Counted from the stretch's first letter, positions 49,506-60,115 are shown. The stretch is DNA of 64,000 nt from Salinivirgaceae bacterium (GCA_024405635.1 JAKSOL010000001.1:128001-192000); one strand, 5' to 3'. Notes: a model not told the origin generated them from the sequence alone. Numbers and translations: made by a program.

Positions 49506-52289
49506 ATGCGGTTAAGATTTTTAGTTGGAATAATTATTCTGCTTTTGTTGCCATGTGCTGTCGATGCTCAGTTTTACGATACTGGGCAAGAGCGTTTTAT
49601 GCGGCTAAACCAAATTAAAACAAACAACTTTCAAATTATATATTCAGCGGCGCACGATTCGGTGGGGCAGTTGTTTGCAAATTATCTAAACTCGGCAAGC
49701 CAACATGCTACACAAACGTTGAACATTTCTCCCAAAAGAATACCCATAACCTTACGTACAACAACCGCAATTGCAAATGGCGAAGTGGCATGGGCTCCGC
49801 GCCGAATGAATGTGTTTGTTGCTGCTCCAACGTCAACATATTCGCAACAATGGTTGCAACAATTGGCATTGCACGAGTATCGGCATGTGGTGCAAATAAG
49901 TAAAGTTGAAACCGGTAAGGTGCAATTCTTTCGTTGTCTGTTTGGCGAGCAGTTTACCGGATTGTTGTTGGGTTTGCACATTCCGTTTTGGTTTGTTGAG
50001 GGCGATGCCGTTGCTTACGAAACCGCCGCATCTGCAACTGGCCGCGGACGGTCGCCAAGGTTTACATCAAAGTTGGCGGCACAAGTTTCCAACAAGGGCA
50101 TTTATAGCTATCAAAAGGCAATGTTTGGTTCGTTTCGCGATTATGTTCCCGATAAATATTGTCTAGGTTATCAAATTGTTGCTGATGCACGAGCGCGTTA
50201 TGGAGAAAATGTTTGGCATGATGCTCTGCAGATGGTGGCCAATCACCCAATTAGTTTGCGGGCTTTTCAGCGCGGTATAAAATCAGTAACTGGACTAAAA
50301 GAAGACGAGTTATACCGCCAAAGTATGCAGCATTTGGCAATTCCAAATTGTGGCAACGTTGCTAAGCCAATTTCAACGCCACAAAGCAAAGAGTATCAAA
50401 GCTATGTTTCGCCAATGTTGAGCAATGGTAAAATAATCGCTTTGCAAAGTCAACTGTCTGATATTTCGGCATTTGTGCAAATCGATACTGCTACTCAAAC
50501 TAAAAAGCTGCTTACTTATATTGGAGCTACCGACAACATGCGATTCTCGCAAAGAGGTAATCTGCTTGTGTGGAATCAGTTTAGGTTTCGTCGTTGGGAC
50601 CACACCAATCACAGCCAAATTTGGCTATACAATATTGACAATGATAAAAAGTACATAGTAGCACGTAAAGGCAGGTATTATGGTTCGGTGTTGTCGCACG
50701 ATGCAACTCAAATAGCATCAATTCAATTGCTTGATAATCTGCAATATGCTATTACTATTTGTGACAAAACTGGCAATGGAAAAATTCAGTTGTCTGTACC
50801 TGATTTGCAACCAACCAATTTGGCTTGGACCGAGCAGGGTGAGCAAATCGCATTCATTGCAGTTGGAAATTCTGGCAAATCAATAAATGTTGTTGACATT
50901 GAAAGCAAAGCAGTTACATGCGTTGTCGATAGTATTCTTGACGATATTGATCACTTGCTTTGCTACAAAGGCCATTTGCTTTTTACTGGAACAATGAACG
51001 GAACGCCCGTTTGGTACAAAATGTCAATCAACGGATGTGATTTTCAAGTAGTTGCGCAAGGGCAATTTGAACTTGGAGCAGGTTCCGTTTGTGGCGATAC
51101 TCTTGTTTTTTCAACCTACACAGCCAATGGTTACAAACCTTGTTTGGTTAATTTAACACATTGCGATACAGTTAGTTGTGTACAATTTGCGGCAAACGAA
51201 ACTGAATTAACAAAAACCATTTCACCCCAAGAGGAACAAGTTAGTTTTAAGACTGATAGCGTTTTTGCCACAAAACCATATCGTAGGTTGGCGCATTTGT
51301 TCAACATTCACAGTTGGGGGCCAATTTCGGTTCGTGTTGATGATGAGCAGATTGGGCCGGGTGTGACATTTATGTCGCAAGATGCACTTTGTACTTCGTT
51401 TTTAACTGCTGGGTATCAACGATATATGGCCGACAAGGTTGACGATTTTTTTGTCGATTACGTATATAAAGGCTTTTTTCCGATAGTGGGAGTGCGCTAC
51501 GATTATATGATGAAACCAATGGCTGTGTCCGATAAAAAAGGTAATAATCATAACATTGATGCTAAACAAAATCAACTTGCTTGTAGGGTTGAGGTCCCTT
51601 TAGTGCTACATACTGGCGCGTATAATGTTGGGGCGCAGTTTTTAGCAGAATATCAATTTTTGAAAACTGATTTATCTGAAAATCAAATAATTAAGACGGG
51701 CATAAGTTCTATGCAAATTGCAAGGTATTCGGCTTTGTTTTATGCTCAACGCCGAATGTCGCACCGCGATTTGCAGCCTCGTTGGGGAGCGATGATGCAA
51801 AGTACGCTTATGCACAATTTGGCAAATAGGAGCAAATACCAACTATCGGCGCAATCTGTGTTTTATGCGCCTGGATTTGTGCGCAATCAAGGTTTAAAAC
51901 TTTATTTGGCGCACCAGTACGAAACGGGGGAGAATAGCTTTTTTATTAATCAAATTCGTTACCCAAATGGTTGCTTTGCTGTTAACAATACAACAATGTC
52001 AATCGTTCAACTTTCTTATGCTTTGCCCATTTGTTATCCCGACTTAAGCGTTGGCAAGTTGTTGTATGTTAAACGATTAGTGGCAGTTCCTTTTGTTGGG
52101 TATTGTGCTACAGAGTATCAACAAAAAACAAGTTGGATGGCGTCGGTTGGTAGCGATTTGACGTTTAATCTGCATGTTTATAGGTTCCCTGTGCCATTTG
52201 AGGTTGGAACGCGCGTGGCTTATAGGTTTGCCACAAACGATTATTATGTGGGACTACTATTCAGCATGAACTTATCGAGCCTTTTTTAG
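49506..52289 (+). CDS. Outer-membrane protein: zincin-like N-domain, TolB-like propeller, probable C-terminal beta-barrel
   Basis: HEYRH followed by WFVEGDAV, propeller-like repeats, amphipathic strands and a terminal Phe. Confidence 0.65.
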   Translation: MRLRFLVGIIILLLLPCAVDAQFYDTGQERFMRLNQIKTNNFQIIYSAAHDSVGQLFANYLNSASQHATQTLNISPKRIPITLRTTTAIANGEVAWAPRRMNVFVAAPTSTYSQQWLQQLALHEYRHVVQISKVETGKVQFFRCLFGEQFTGLLLGLHIPFWFVEGDAVAYETAASATGRGRSPRFTSKLAAQVSNKGIYSYQKAMFGSFRDYVPDKYCLGYQIVADARARYGENVWHDALQMVANHPISLRAFQRGIKSVTGLKEDELYRQSMQHLAIPNCGNVAKPISTPQSKEYQSYVSPMLSNGKIIALQSQLSDISAFVQIDTATQTKKLLTYIGATDNMRFSQRGNLLVWNQFRFRRWDHTNHSQIWLYNIDNDKKYIVARKGRYYGSVLSHDATQIASIQLLDNLQYAITICDKTGNGKIQLSVPDLQPTNLAWTEQGEQIAFIAVGNSGKSINVVDIESKAVTCVVDSILDDIDHLLCYKGHLLFTGTMNGTPVWYKMSINGCDFQVVAQGQFELGAGSVCGDTLVFSTYTANGYKPCLVNLTHCDTVSCVQFAANETELTKTISPQEEQVSFKTDSVFATKPYRRLAHLFNIHSWGPISVRVDDEQIGPGVTFMSQDALCTSFLTAGYQRYMADKVDDFFVDYVYKGFFPIVGVRYDYMMKPMAVSDKKGNNHNIDAKQNQLACRVEVPLVLHTGAYNVGAQFLAEYQFLKTDLSENQIIKTGISSMQIARYSALFYAQRRMSHRDLQPRWGAMMQSTLMHNLANRSKYQLSAQSVFYAPGFVRNQGLKLYLAHQYETGENSFFINQIRYPNGCFAVNNTTMSIVQLSYALPICYPDLSVGKLLYVKRLVAVPFVGYCATEYQQKTSWMASVGSDLTFNLHVYRFPVPFEVGTRVAYRFATNDYYVGLLFSMNLSSLF

Positions 52290-52310
52290 GAGAATAACTG
52301 ATAGTTGCAT

Positions 52311-52342
52311 AAAAAAAGCGGCAACCGTTTCCAGTTGCCGCT
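52311..52342 (-). terminator. Intrinsic terminator of nrdD
   Basis: A7-GCGGCAAC...GTTGCCGC. Confidence 0.75.
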
Positions 52343-52372
52343 AAGCTATGTGTGAGATTTAAATGAAGACGT

Positions 52373-54253
52373 TTATTCAACTGCTACAACGTTAGTTTTT
52401 ACTGAAGTTGCAGCAACATTTGTTTGTTGTTCAACGTTTGTATCGCAAAGAAGCGAGTCGCCACCATGCAATTTCGATTTGTGGTAAAAACGCAATTCGT
52501 GTTCGGTTTGGCGGGCTTTGCTAAAGTTTTTAACGCGTTTTAGGTATCCAATTACGCGAGTTCCGTAATCAATATCGGTTGAACCACATTTGCTGCATTT
52601 TTGCAAAGTGCGTTTGTCAATGTACATGCACTTAGGGTTGTTGCAAATGGTAATTTTAATGTTGAAACAGAAGTAGTTGCATCCAGCTTTAGCGGTAGCC
52701 TCAAGTAATCGAAGGAATCCTTCTTTGGTTGGCGCTTCTTCAAGATTAAGGTGAAGAGCCGAACCGCCATCAAGATATTTTACAATGTCGCGACCATGCA
52801 AACTAATTTTGTCAAGAATGTTAATGCTTTGGTCTTCAACTGGATAGAAGTACGAATTGTAACAATTGCGTGGCGAGAACAAACCAGACTCTTTGTCCCA
52901 TTTTGCGTTTTTAACACCAAGATTTTCGGCAGGAACAAATTCGGTGTTAAACATGTATCCGTATTCTTGTTTAGCCCATTTATTGGTGTCGTAAATCACT
53001 TTCAGGTGTTTTGCAACAAAGTCTTTGTATTCTTTTGTGTTTGCAGGTCTAATGCCTTGGCTTTCAGCAGCCTCAACCATGCCGTTAATGCCAAGAGTTA
53101 GGAATTGTTTGTCAAGTGTGATGAAACCTGCAGTGTAGGCGGGTAGCAATCCGTGATCTTTGTAATGTTCAATTAGTTTGCGATAGGCAACTTGATATTT
53201 GATAATTTTCTTAACCTCAGTTTCCAAATCGCGACCTTCTTGAATCAAGCGGTTAATGTTAAGTGTGATAACATTGATTGAACCAGTTGAAACGCCGCCA
53301 GCACCAAGCGAGTAGCTAAAAGTGTTGTCGGTAAACTCGTTGCGCAAACGGCAGCACGATGCAAGGCTATCGGCATTTTCCGATTGATAAATAAAAAACG
53401 AGTTGCCTTGGCTAAGTTCGTCGGCGCACATTTCGGCAAACTCTTGGTCAACAGGTTTTCCGTCGTTAACAAGCATGGCGGCAGTAACAACAGGGAAAGT
53501 AAGCACGGCTTTTGTGCGTTCTTTGTTGAACCATTTCATAAAGTGTACTTGCAACTTTTTTATGCTGTTCCAATCGGGTTGGGTAAAGTCGGGGAACATA
53601 AACTCGCCAAAAATGCTGTTGAAGTAAACCGAGTCGAAAATTGATATGTTCCAAAACACAGATTGGTAACCGCGAGCTGCTGCTGGTTGGTTTAGTGCAT
53701 AAACAACGTGTTGCAAGTGGTTGTCAATAATGTATCGGTTGGTTTCAAGATAGTTTACACCATAGTCTTTGCGAGCAAAATAGTCAAAGTACATTAAGAA
53801 CTCAACAGTGGCCAATGCTCCTGCAAATTGTGAGCTAACAGCAAATGCAAGGTTTACAAATTCGCCGCAAAAACTCTCTAAGTGGTTTGGTGGCAAACTT
53901 TCGCCGCTCAGTTTCAACAAACCATCAAGTAGGAAAGGATACATGCTTATTGAAACGCAATAAGGTTTCAGCGACGTTTCGTCGTGAACATAAATTTCGT
54001 GCGCTTCAATTTGGCGGACGTATTCTTTTGCCAAATCCTCGCCAAACAATTCGGTAATTTTTTGCGAAACCAAATATCGGTTCACTTGAATGTTAACGTC
54101 CTTGTTCAGTTCAGCTTCAAGTGTAGCAAGGTTTTTCGACGTAACATTGGCGTTCGAGTCGAGTTTCGAGCCAGTAGAAGCGTTTTCGGCCTCTATGTAA
54201 TCGTTTATGAACCTCGCTTTTGAATCAAGCTGTTCTTTTGTTAATCTCATCAT
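52373..54253 (-). CDS. nrdD: Anaerobic (class III) ribonucleoside-triphosphate reductase, no ATP cone
   Basis: IYVHD, SCCRL, EFVPAENL, zinc-binding Cys pairs and the RVIGYL glycyl-radical motif. Confidence 0.93.
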   Translation of the reverse strand: MMRLTKEQLDSKARFINDYIEAENASTGSKLDSNANVTSKNLATLEAELNKDVNIQVNRYLVSQKITELFGEDLAKEYVRQIEAHEIYVHDETSLKPYCVSISMYPFLLDGLLKLSGESLPPNHLESFCGEFVNLAFAVSSQFAGALATVEFLMYFDYFARKDYGVNYLETNRYIIDNHLQHVVYALNQPAAARGYQSVFWNISIFDSVYFNSIFGEFMFPDFTQPDWNSIKKLQVHFMKWFNKERTKAVLTFPVVTAAMLVNDGKPVDQEFAEMCADELSQGNSFFIYQSENADSLASCCRLRNEFTDNTFSYSLGAGGVSTGSINVITLNINRLIQEGRDLETEVKKIIKYQVAYRKLIEHYKDHGLLPAYTAGFITLDKQFLTLGINGMVEAAESQGIRPANTKEYKDFVAKHLKVIYDTNKWAKQEYGYMFNTEFVPAENLGVKNAKWDKESGLFSPRNCYNSYFYPVEDQSINILDKISLHGRDIVKYLDGGSALHLNLEEAPTKEGFLRLLEATAKAGCNYFCFNIKITICNNPKCMYIDKRTLQKCSKCGSTDIDYGTRVIGYLKRVKNFSKARQTEHELRFYHKSKLHGGDSLLCDTNVEQQTNVAATSVKTNVVAVE

Positions 54254-54256
54254 AGC

Positions 54257-54706
54257 TTATGTAGTTTTTAAGAATAAATGGTTCAGTATTGTGTTGCTTT
54301 TTACTTCTATAAAACGTTGGTTAGTTGTGGGGCTTTCCAGCCCGCCCAACTCTTTAATAAACGGACCGGTTTTTAGCCACGTAAGGTTTTGTGTTATTTG
54401 CTTATCCACTTGTTCAAGCCCAGTGTAAAGGCACGTTTCAAAACCCATTTCGGTTGCTGTTTTTAGTTTGTCGGTCAGTTCGGCTCCGCACCATTCTCCG
54501 CCCATAAACAAAACGCAGTTGGCGTAGCCTTTATATTTGTTTAAAATTTCAATGTATTTGTCGTTTGTCAGCAATAGGCCGTTCTCGTCCCACAAAAAGG
54601 GCGAATGGCAACCTTGGCATCGAATGGGGCAACCCGATATTGAAAAGCAAATGCTTATTTGACCGGGAACCTCTTGCAATACAATATCTATGTCTGAACA
54701 ATACAT
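54257..54706 (-). CDS. nrdG: Anaerobic RNR activating protein (radical SAM)
   Basis: CPIRCQGCHS (CxxxCxxC), MGGEW, KTGPF and TTNQRF; ATG 54706 preferred. Confidence 0.92.
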   Translation of the reverse strand: MYCSDIDIVLQEVPGQISICFSISGCPIRCQGCHSPFLWDENGLLLTNDKYIEILNKYKGYANCVLFMGGEWCGAELTDKLKTATEMGFETCLYTGLEQVDKQITQNLTWLKTGPFIKELGGLESPTTNQRFIEVKSNTILNHLFLKTT

Positions 54707-55223
54707 CTTTTTTTTTGTTAACTTTTGTTCATTGTTGGCACATAACAAGGGTTTGAATTTTGTTTTCAAACTCTTTTTTGCTTTCAATTTTTAAGGTTGT
54801 TGCCAACCGATTGTTTGTTTGGTGTGCCGATTATGAAACCAATCGTCTATCACAAAAATATCAATGTCAAACTGCTATTGAATTTATAAGCTCTATTGTT
54901 ATAAACGCATTATTAACAATATGTAAAATGCAGATAATCAGATTGTTGTAAATGCAACAACTTTTTTTTAACAAAGCGCAAAATCCTATTTTTCAGAGTG
55001 TTTAACCACTATGAATTTAGGTTATTAACAAAGTGTGTTTTGTGAATAAAAGTTCACTTTTTGAACTTTTTTTCTGTTCAAAATTGAATTTTAGAAATAA
55101 CGCAACGTCAATTTTTTTAATTGACTGAAAAATGTTGAATTGAAAAAGTGAGTTTCAATTTGAAAGAAAGAAGTGCTGCCTTTTTTTTGTTGAAACGTAA
55201 AAACAGAAGGTTCTTTTTGGAGC

Positions 55224-55256
55224 AAAAAAAAGCTGCACCCAAAATTGAGTGCAGCC
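55224..55256 (-). terminator. Intrinsic terminator of the DUF975 gene
   Basis: A-run followed by GCTGCAC...GTGCAGC. Confidence 0.65.
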
Positions 55257-55283
55257 TTGTGTATTAAGTTGAATAATAGTGTA

Positions 55284-55862
55284 TTACCCTTTAATTTTGT
55301 TGTAAAAATCAGCGCGAGCAGTGCACTCGTAAGGAATAAGCCACAAAAAGCCGATGCCACATGAAAGTAGGCACAAGATGATCCAACCAATGAAACTCAA
55401 ATCGAGTAGGAACAAGTCCATTTTGTGACCTCGCATCATTTCAATACTCTTGTCGATGCACTCGTTTGCTGACAACTCTGGGCAATCGTTAGCAATGTAA
55501 TATGTCATTGCGTATGCGTAACTTTTAATAATGCCAGGAATGAAAAGCAATAAGCACCAAAGAGCAGTGAAAAGTCCTATTAGCAATGAAACGCCTAACG
55601 AACGACCATAGTTACCAAATGCAATGTTGAATGTACGAGATACTGTGTCGTTTGCTGTTTTGTCTTTTGTCATTTGGTATAATGCTACGTACAAACCAAA
55701 TTGAACAGGTACTACTACCAAAAGAGTTACAATTGGTTGTAGTGGGCCTAAAATACTAGAACAAAGGCTGATAGCAGTAATTACTAATGTTGCTAAAACT
55801 GGTTGAGTCCAGTTGCCTTCCAATGTTGCAAGGGCGCTGTTTTTAATCTCTTGATTAGTCAT
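55284..55862 (-). CDS. DUF975 family membrane protein
   Basis: LLLFIPGIIKSYAYAM, SIEMMRGHKMDLFLLDLSFIGW and WLIPY. Confidence 0.9.
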   Translation of the reverse strand: MTNQEIKNSALATLEGNWTQPVLATLVITAISLCSSILGPLQPIVTLLVVVPVQFGLYVALYQMTKDKTANDTVSRTFNIAFGNYGRSLGVSLLIGLFTALWCLLLFIPGIIKSYAYAMTYYIANDCPELSANECIDKSIEMMRGHKMDLFLLDLSFIGWIILCLLSCGIGFLWLIPYECTARADFYNKIKG

Positions 55863-56014
55863 GATAAATTGATTTTTTAGTGTTATTTTAATTAATGTGT
55901 AAATATAGACGGTTAAAATAACGAAAGGTTACAGTTTTTGTGATTTTTTTTTTGAGAGAGTAAATAGCTACTGATATTATTTAAGAAATACTTTTGCTCA
56001 TCATTTTCAAAACA

Positions 56015-57316
56015 ATGGACTACAATCAGACAATAGAATTTCTTTTTTCGCAATTAAAAGAATTTCAAGTGGTTGGAGCATCGGCATATAAGTCGGGGCT
56101 CGAAAATTCAATTGACCTTGACAACTATTTTGGGCATCAGCACCGTTTGTTTAAAACCATACACGTGGCAGGTACAAACGGCAAAGGGTCAACATCGCAC
56201 TCAATAGCGTCGGTGTTGCAGCATGCTGGCTATAAAGTAGGGCTTTACACATCGCCACACTTGCGCGATTTTCGCGAGCGCATTAGGGTTAACGGAAAAA
56301 TGGTTGACAAGCAATTTGTGGTCGATTTTGTGGCTAATCACCAAAGTATTATCCAGCAAATTCGTCCTTCGTTTTTTGAGATGACTGTGTTCATGGCATT
56401 CAACTTTTTTGCTCAGCAAAAGGTTGATGTTGCTGTGATTGAGGTTGGTTTGGGTGGCCGACTCGACTCTACAAATGTTATAACTCCAGTGCTGTCGGTT
56501 ATTACCAACATTGCGTTTGACCATGTGCAGATTTTGGGCGACACTTTGCCTAAAATTGCTGCCGAAAAGGCTGGCATTATTAAGCCTGGAGTGCCTGTTG
56601 TGGTGAGCCAAACTCAAGCCGAAACGGCCGAAGTTTTTAAATCAAAAGCTGCCGAATGTGGTTCGCCAATTGTTTTTGCTGACCAAATTTGGAGTGTGCA
56701 AAATGCCGTGCATCAGCAAAATAGGTTAGTACTGTCGGTGGGTAAAAATGAAAAGATTGAGTATGCCGATTTGCAACTTGACCTTTGTGGCAATTATCAG
56801 AAAAAAAACATATTGGGAGTGCTTGCGGCCGTTGAGCAGATGCGCAGCCAATTTGTAATATCGGATAAAGCGGTGGAGCAAGGCTTGTTGTCGGTTGCAA
56901 AAACAACAGGATTGTGTGGCCGTTGGCAAACGCTGCAAACAAACCCAACAATGGTGTGCGATACTGGTCACAACGAGGACGGAATTCGACAAGTGGTGGC
57001 TCAATTGGCTGAGCAGCAATACACTACGTTGCGCATAGTGTTTGGCGTGGTGAGCGACAAAGATCATAGCCATGTGCTTAGTTTGTTGCCCAAAGAAGCT
57101 GTATATTATTTTACTCGCGCCAACATTCCTCGCGCATTGCCTCAAGACGAACTAGCGCAAAAGGCTGCAACGTTTGGTTTACAAGGCAGCACGTATCAAA
57201 CAGTAGCCGATGCCGTGGCTGCTGCGGTTGCCGATTCTCAACCTTCTGATTTTATTTATGTTGGAGGTAGCACATTTGTGGTTGCCGATATTCCCGATAC
57301 TTATTTTGAACTATAA
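56015..57316 (+). CDS. folC: Folylpolyglutamate synthase/dihydrofolate synthase
   Basis: HVAGTNGKGS, YTSPHL, EVGLGGRLDSTN and DTGHN. ATG 56015 is preferred because the TTG at 55994 lies inside a TACTTTTG -7 box. Confidence 0.95.
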   Translation: MDYNQTIEFLFSQLKEFQVVGASAYKSGLENSIDLDNYFGHQHRLFKTIHVAGTNGKGSTSHSIASVLQHAGYKVGLYTSPHLRDFRERIRVNGKMVDKQFVVDFVANHQSIIQQIRPSFFEMTVFMAFNFFAQQKVDVAVIEVGLGGRLDSTNVITPVLSVITNIAFDHVQILGDTLPKIAAEKAGIIKPGVPVVVSQTQAETAEVFKSKAAECGSPIVFADQIWSVQNAVHQQNRLVLSVGKNEKIEYADLQLDLCGNYQKKNILGVLAAVEQMRSQFVISDKAVEQGLLSVAKTTGLCGRWQTLQTNPTMVCDTGHNEDGIRQVVAQLAEQQYTTLRIVFGVVSDKDHSHVLSLLPKEAVYYFTRANIPRALPQDELAQKAATFGLQGSTYQTVADAVAAAVADSQPSDFIYVGGSTFVVADIPDTYFEL

Positions 57317-57319
57317 ACT

Positions 57320-57350
57320 AAAACAGCCCGACATTTTGCCGGGCTGTTTT
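57320..57350. terminator. Bidirectional terminator between convergent genes
   Basis: AAAACAGCCCG...CGGGCTGTTTT. Confidence 0.85.
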
Positions 57351-57377
57351 GTTGTTTGAGTTTTCTCTTAAACCGAA

Positions 57378-59969
57378 CTACATAAGGTTTCGAGCATTAA
57401 TGTTTCGTTTAAGGTGGTTGTTGTCGTAGTCGAGGGTAATGTTGCCTGTGGTTTTGTACAATTTAATTGAGTTGAGCGTTGAAAATGCGTTTTCGTTTTT
57501 CAGTTTTCCGCCCGACATAATGTCAATTTGAACATTACCGCTACCAAACACAGTAACTTTAATTTTGGCATTGTTGCTTATGGTAATGTCGCCAATTTCA
57601 ATATCAGTTCCGCTGTATGTTCTAATAGCAGCAATACGGTTGTCGTTGCAAAGGAACTCGGCATTGCTAAGGTTTTTGAAAGTTTCTTGACCGGTGGTGC
57701 AATTAGAATTTACTAATGTTTCAAAGGCCGATTTGCCGCTTAACGAACCTTGGGTGTTGTGAATTTGGTTGGCCAATTTAAGAGCAGGCAAAATTTCGGG
57801 CGCAGTGTAATCGTCGCTTGCACGGTTTGCGGCAAAAGCGCTACGTTGAGCTTCATAGCTTTTTGTTTCGATGCGCAATCCTGCCGAGGCGAGCAACGAT
57901 GCTGATAGGAATGCGGTTCCGTTTTCGTCAACCATAATGCCGTAGTTGTCGTTGTCTTCGGTTTCGGTGTAAGATCGAGTCCAAAGTTTTTTGCCGCGAT
58001 TGTCAAAACTTGCCACAAAAGCGCTACCCATGCTATCAATTTGAGCAATGTCGGCTTTGTTTATCCATTGAATTTGACCAACAGTTGAGCATTTGGCAAG
58101 AAAAATGTCGCCCTTGGCTCCGGCTTTAAGAACTTTTCCGTTTACTGCAATATCGCTGTTGAAAGCTCCAGAGAAATAGAAACTGTCGTCGGTGCCCATT
58201 ACAATATTGTAGGCAATGTCGTCGCCGTTACCACCAACTTTAAGCACAAATTCAATGTTAAAGTCAGCGCCAAATTTTGCAATAAAGACATCGCTGCTGT
58301 TTTGGTTCGATTTAAGTTTCCAACCAAAAAAGTTTACGTCGCCGTTAAAATAGCCGCAAATGTATGCGTTGCCTTTTTTGTCGAAGGTAATGTTGTTGTT
58401 GTTTGAACCTTGGTACAAACCATATTTGTTTGCAATGCGCCATAGGGTTTCGCTGCGTTTTGCAAGGCATTGGCGCGATTGTGTTTTAACCACAACGGCG
58501 CTCACGTTGGCATACTCGGGCATTGCGCAACCTACAGGAGCGTTAATGTAAGTTGGGTCGCATATTGTGTATTGTTCGCCGTTTATTAATATGTGATCGC
58601 CTGGCACTTGTTTGCTGAATTTTACAGCAGTTGCCATGTGTCCGGGGTAGTTAAGTCCCACAGTTTCAAGCCCAAGTAGTTGTTTTACCAAGTACGAGAA
58701 TAGTACCGAGCGGTCTTCGCAGTCTGAATAGTCGTAGTGAAAAAGTTCGTCGGCGAAGAAGAATTTTTCGTAACCAAATTGGTCGTCGTCGGTTTTGTAT
58801 TTAAACGCGGTTTGAACAAAGTGAAGTAGCAAGTTTGCAGCATCAACTTCGTCAAGATCTTTAATTGCCGAATGCAAAGCGTTGTAAAGCGATATTTGTG
58901 TGCAAGGGCTTATGGCGGCATCAAAGTAAACCTCAATGTTGCCTAATGGATATTGTTTGTAAAAGTCTATTAGGTTTTGGTTGTACTTTACATCAAACTC
59001 CATTTTTTCACCATCGTACTCAAAACTTACTTTTTTCGAAACCTCTTTTTCGCTTATGTTCATTGCTTTGTAAATGTTGAGGTCGAACAAAGTGTGAGCT
59101 TCGGTAAAATCTTTGTCGTAGGTATAAAGTTCGCTATCGTTACTATCAAATAGGTAGTAGCGAGTGTTGTTAAAGGTAAAGAATGGTTTCCCGTAAATGT
59201 TGTTTTTTGATGCCAACAAAAGGTGTAGCGCTTCGTCTTTATAAGCCACACGACAACGGTAGCCCGATTTGGTTAGCAAGAACCAAGTGAGCAATGTGCT
59301 GTTGTTTATTGATGCTGAAATTTGCTCGGCAGTGGCTTTGGTGAGCAAGTAATAGCCCCAGTCGTTAAGGTTTAGCTCGTTGCGAAGAGTGGTTAGTTGT
59401 TCAATTGTTGCTTGGTAATTGGTTCCACAAAGGCGAGTCCACTCGTTGCCAATGTTTTGTTCGTTAATTTTTGAAACTTTTGGCTCAATTTGTGAATCGA
59501 AGAACACACTAATGTTTGTGCCAAAAAACGACAATTCGGCTTGCTTGTTGGCGGCGGTATTGTTGGTTCGGCTGCTAGGGATAAGATGCGGCATTGAACC
59601 ACTTGATTCAATGGTTCTAACCTCGCGAATTTGCAGTTTTTGGGGTTCTTTTTTTTCGGTGTAGGTTGGAGTTTCCTTAGGTTTAGGTTTGCTGGGATTG
59701 TAACTCTCAACAAACGATTGGTAGCTTTTCCATTCGTCTTTCAAGAATTCGGCAAATTCATTTTCGGTTTGAGAAACAAAGGCATTGTATTCGGCTTGCA
59801 TTTGTTTAACCGATGTGTTGTGTTGTTGTGTGAATTGTTTTTGTTGGGCTTTTTCTTGTTTTATCCACTCGTCAAAGTCTTGCGCGTGGCTGTTGCAAAT
59901 GTTTGCTGCCAACATAACACCCAATGCTATTGTGTTTTTACAAATTCTATTCATTTCGATATAAGTCAA
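57378..59969 (-). CDS. Exported protein with transglutaminase-like (Cys-His-Asp) domain and beta-propeller-like repeats
   Basis: Signal peptide, N-terminal coiled coil, SDCEDRS, YPGHMATAV, CDPTY, then DKKGNAYICGYF/DVFIAKF/DIFLAK repeats. Confidence 0.7.
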   Translation of the reverse strand: MTYIEMNRICKNTIALGVMLAANICNSHAQDFDEWIKQEKAQQKQFTQQHNTSVKQMQAEYNAFVSQTENEFAEFLKDEWKSYQSFVESYNPSKPKPKETPTYTEKKEPQKLQIREVRTIESSGSMPHLIPSSRTNNTAANKQAELSFFGTNISVFFDSQIEPKVSKINEQNIGNEWTRLCGTNYQATIEQLTTLRNELNLNDWGYYLLTKATAEQISASINNSTLLTWFLLTKSGYRCRVAYKDEALHLLLASKNNIYGKPFFTFNNTRYYLFDSNDSELYTYDKDFTEAHTLFDLNIYKAMNISEKEVSKKVSFEYDGEKMEFDVKYNQNLIDFYKQYPLGNIEVYFDAAISPCTQISLYNALHSAIKDLDEVDAANLLLHFVQTAFKYKTDDDQFGYEKFFFADELFHYDYSDCEDRSVLFSYLVKQLLGLETVGLNYPGHMATAVKFSKQVPGDHILINGEQYTICDPTYINAPVGCAMPEYANVSAVVVKTQSRQCLAKRSETLWRIANKYGLYQGSNNNNITFDKKGNAYICGYFNGDVNFFGWKLKSNQNSSDVFIAKFGADFNIEFVLKVGGNGDDIAYNIVMGTDDSFYFSGAFNSDIAVNGKVLKAGAKGDIFLAKCSTVGQIQWINKADIAQIDSMGSAFVASFDNRGKKLWTRSYTETEDNDNYGIMVDENGTAFLSASLLASAGLRIETKSYEAQRSAFAANRASDDYTAPEILPALKLANQIHNTQGSLSGKSAFETLVNSNCTTGQETFKNLSNAEFLCNDNRIAAIRTYSGTDIEIGDITISNNAKIKVTVFGSGNVQIDIMSGGKLKNENAFSTLNSIKLYKTTGNITLDYDNNHLKRNINARNLM

Positions 59970-60115
59970 AATTTATGATTGATTCAACATTAGCATAGAC
60001 TGCTTTTTTATGCGTTTGGTTGCGCTTGGGTATAAATTTTTGTCTAAAAAAAAGATAAAGCTACTCAAGTGGGGGACTTAAGTAGCTAATTATCAGTATA
60101 GTTTTTTTTGTTTGA

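Noticed and set aside
55040-55070. TTGTGAA...TTCAC as a Rex or NrdR operator upstream of nrdG
   Set aside because: The spacer is 6 bp instead of 4, and the region is very AT-rich, so chance palindromes are expected.
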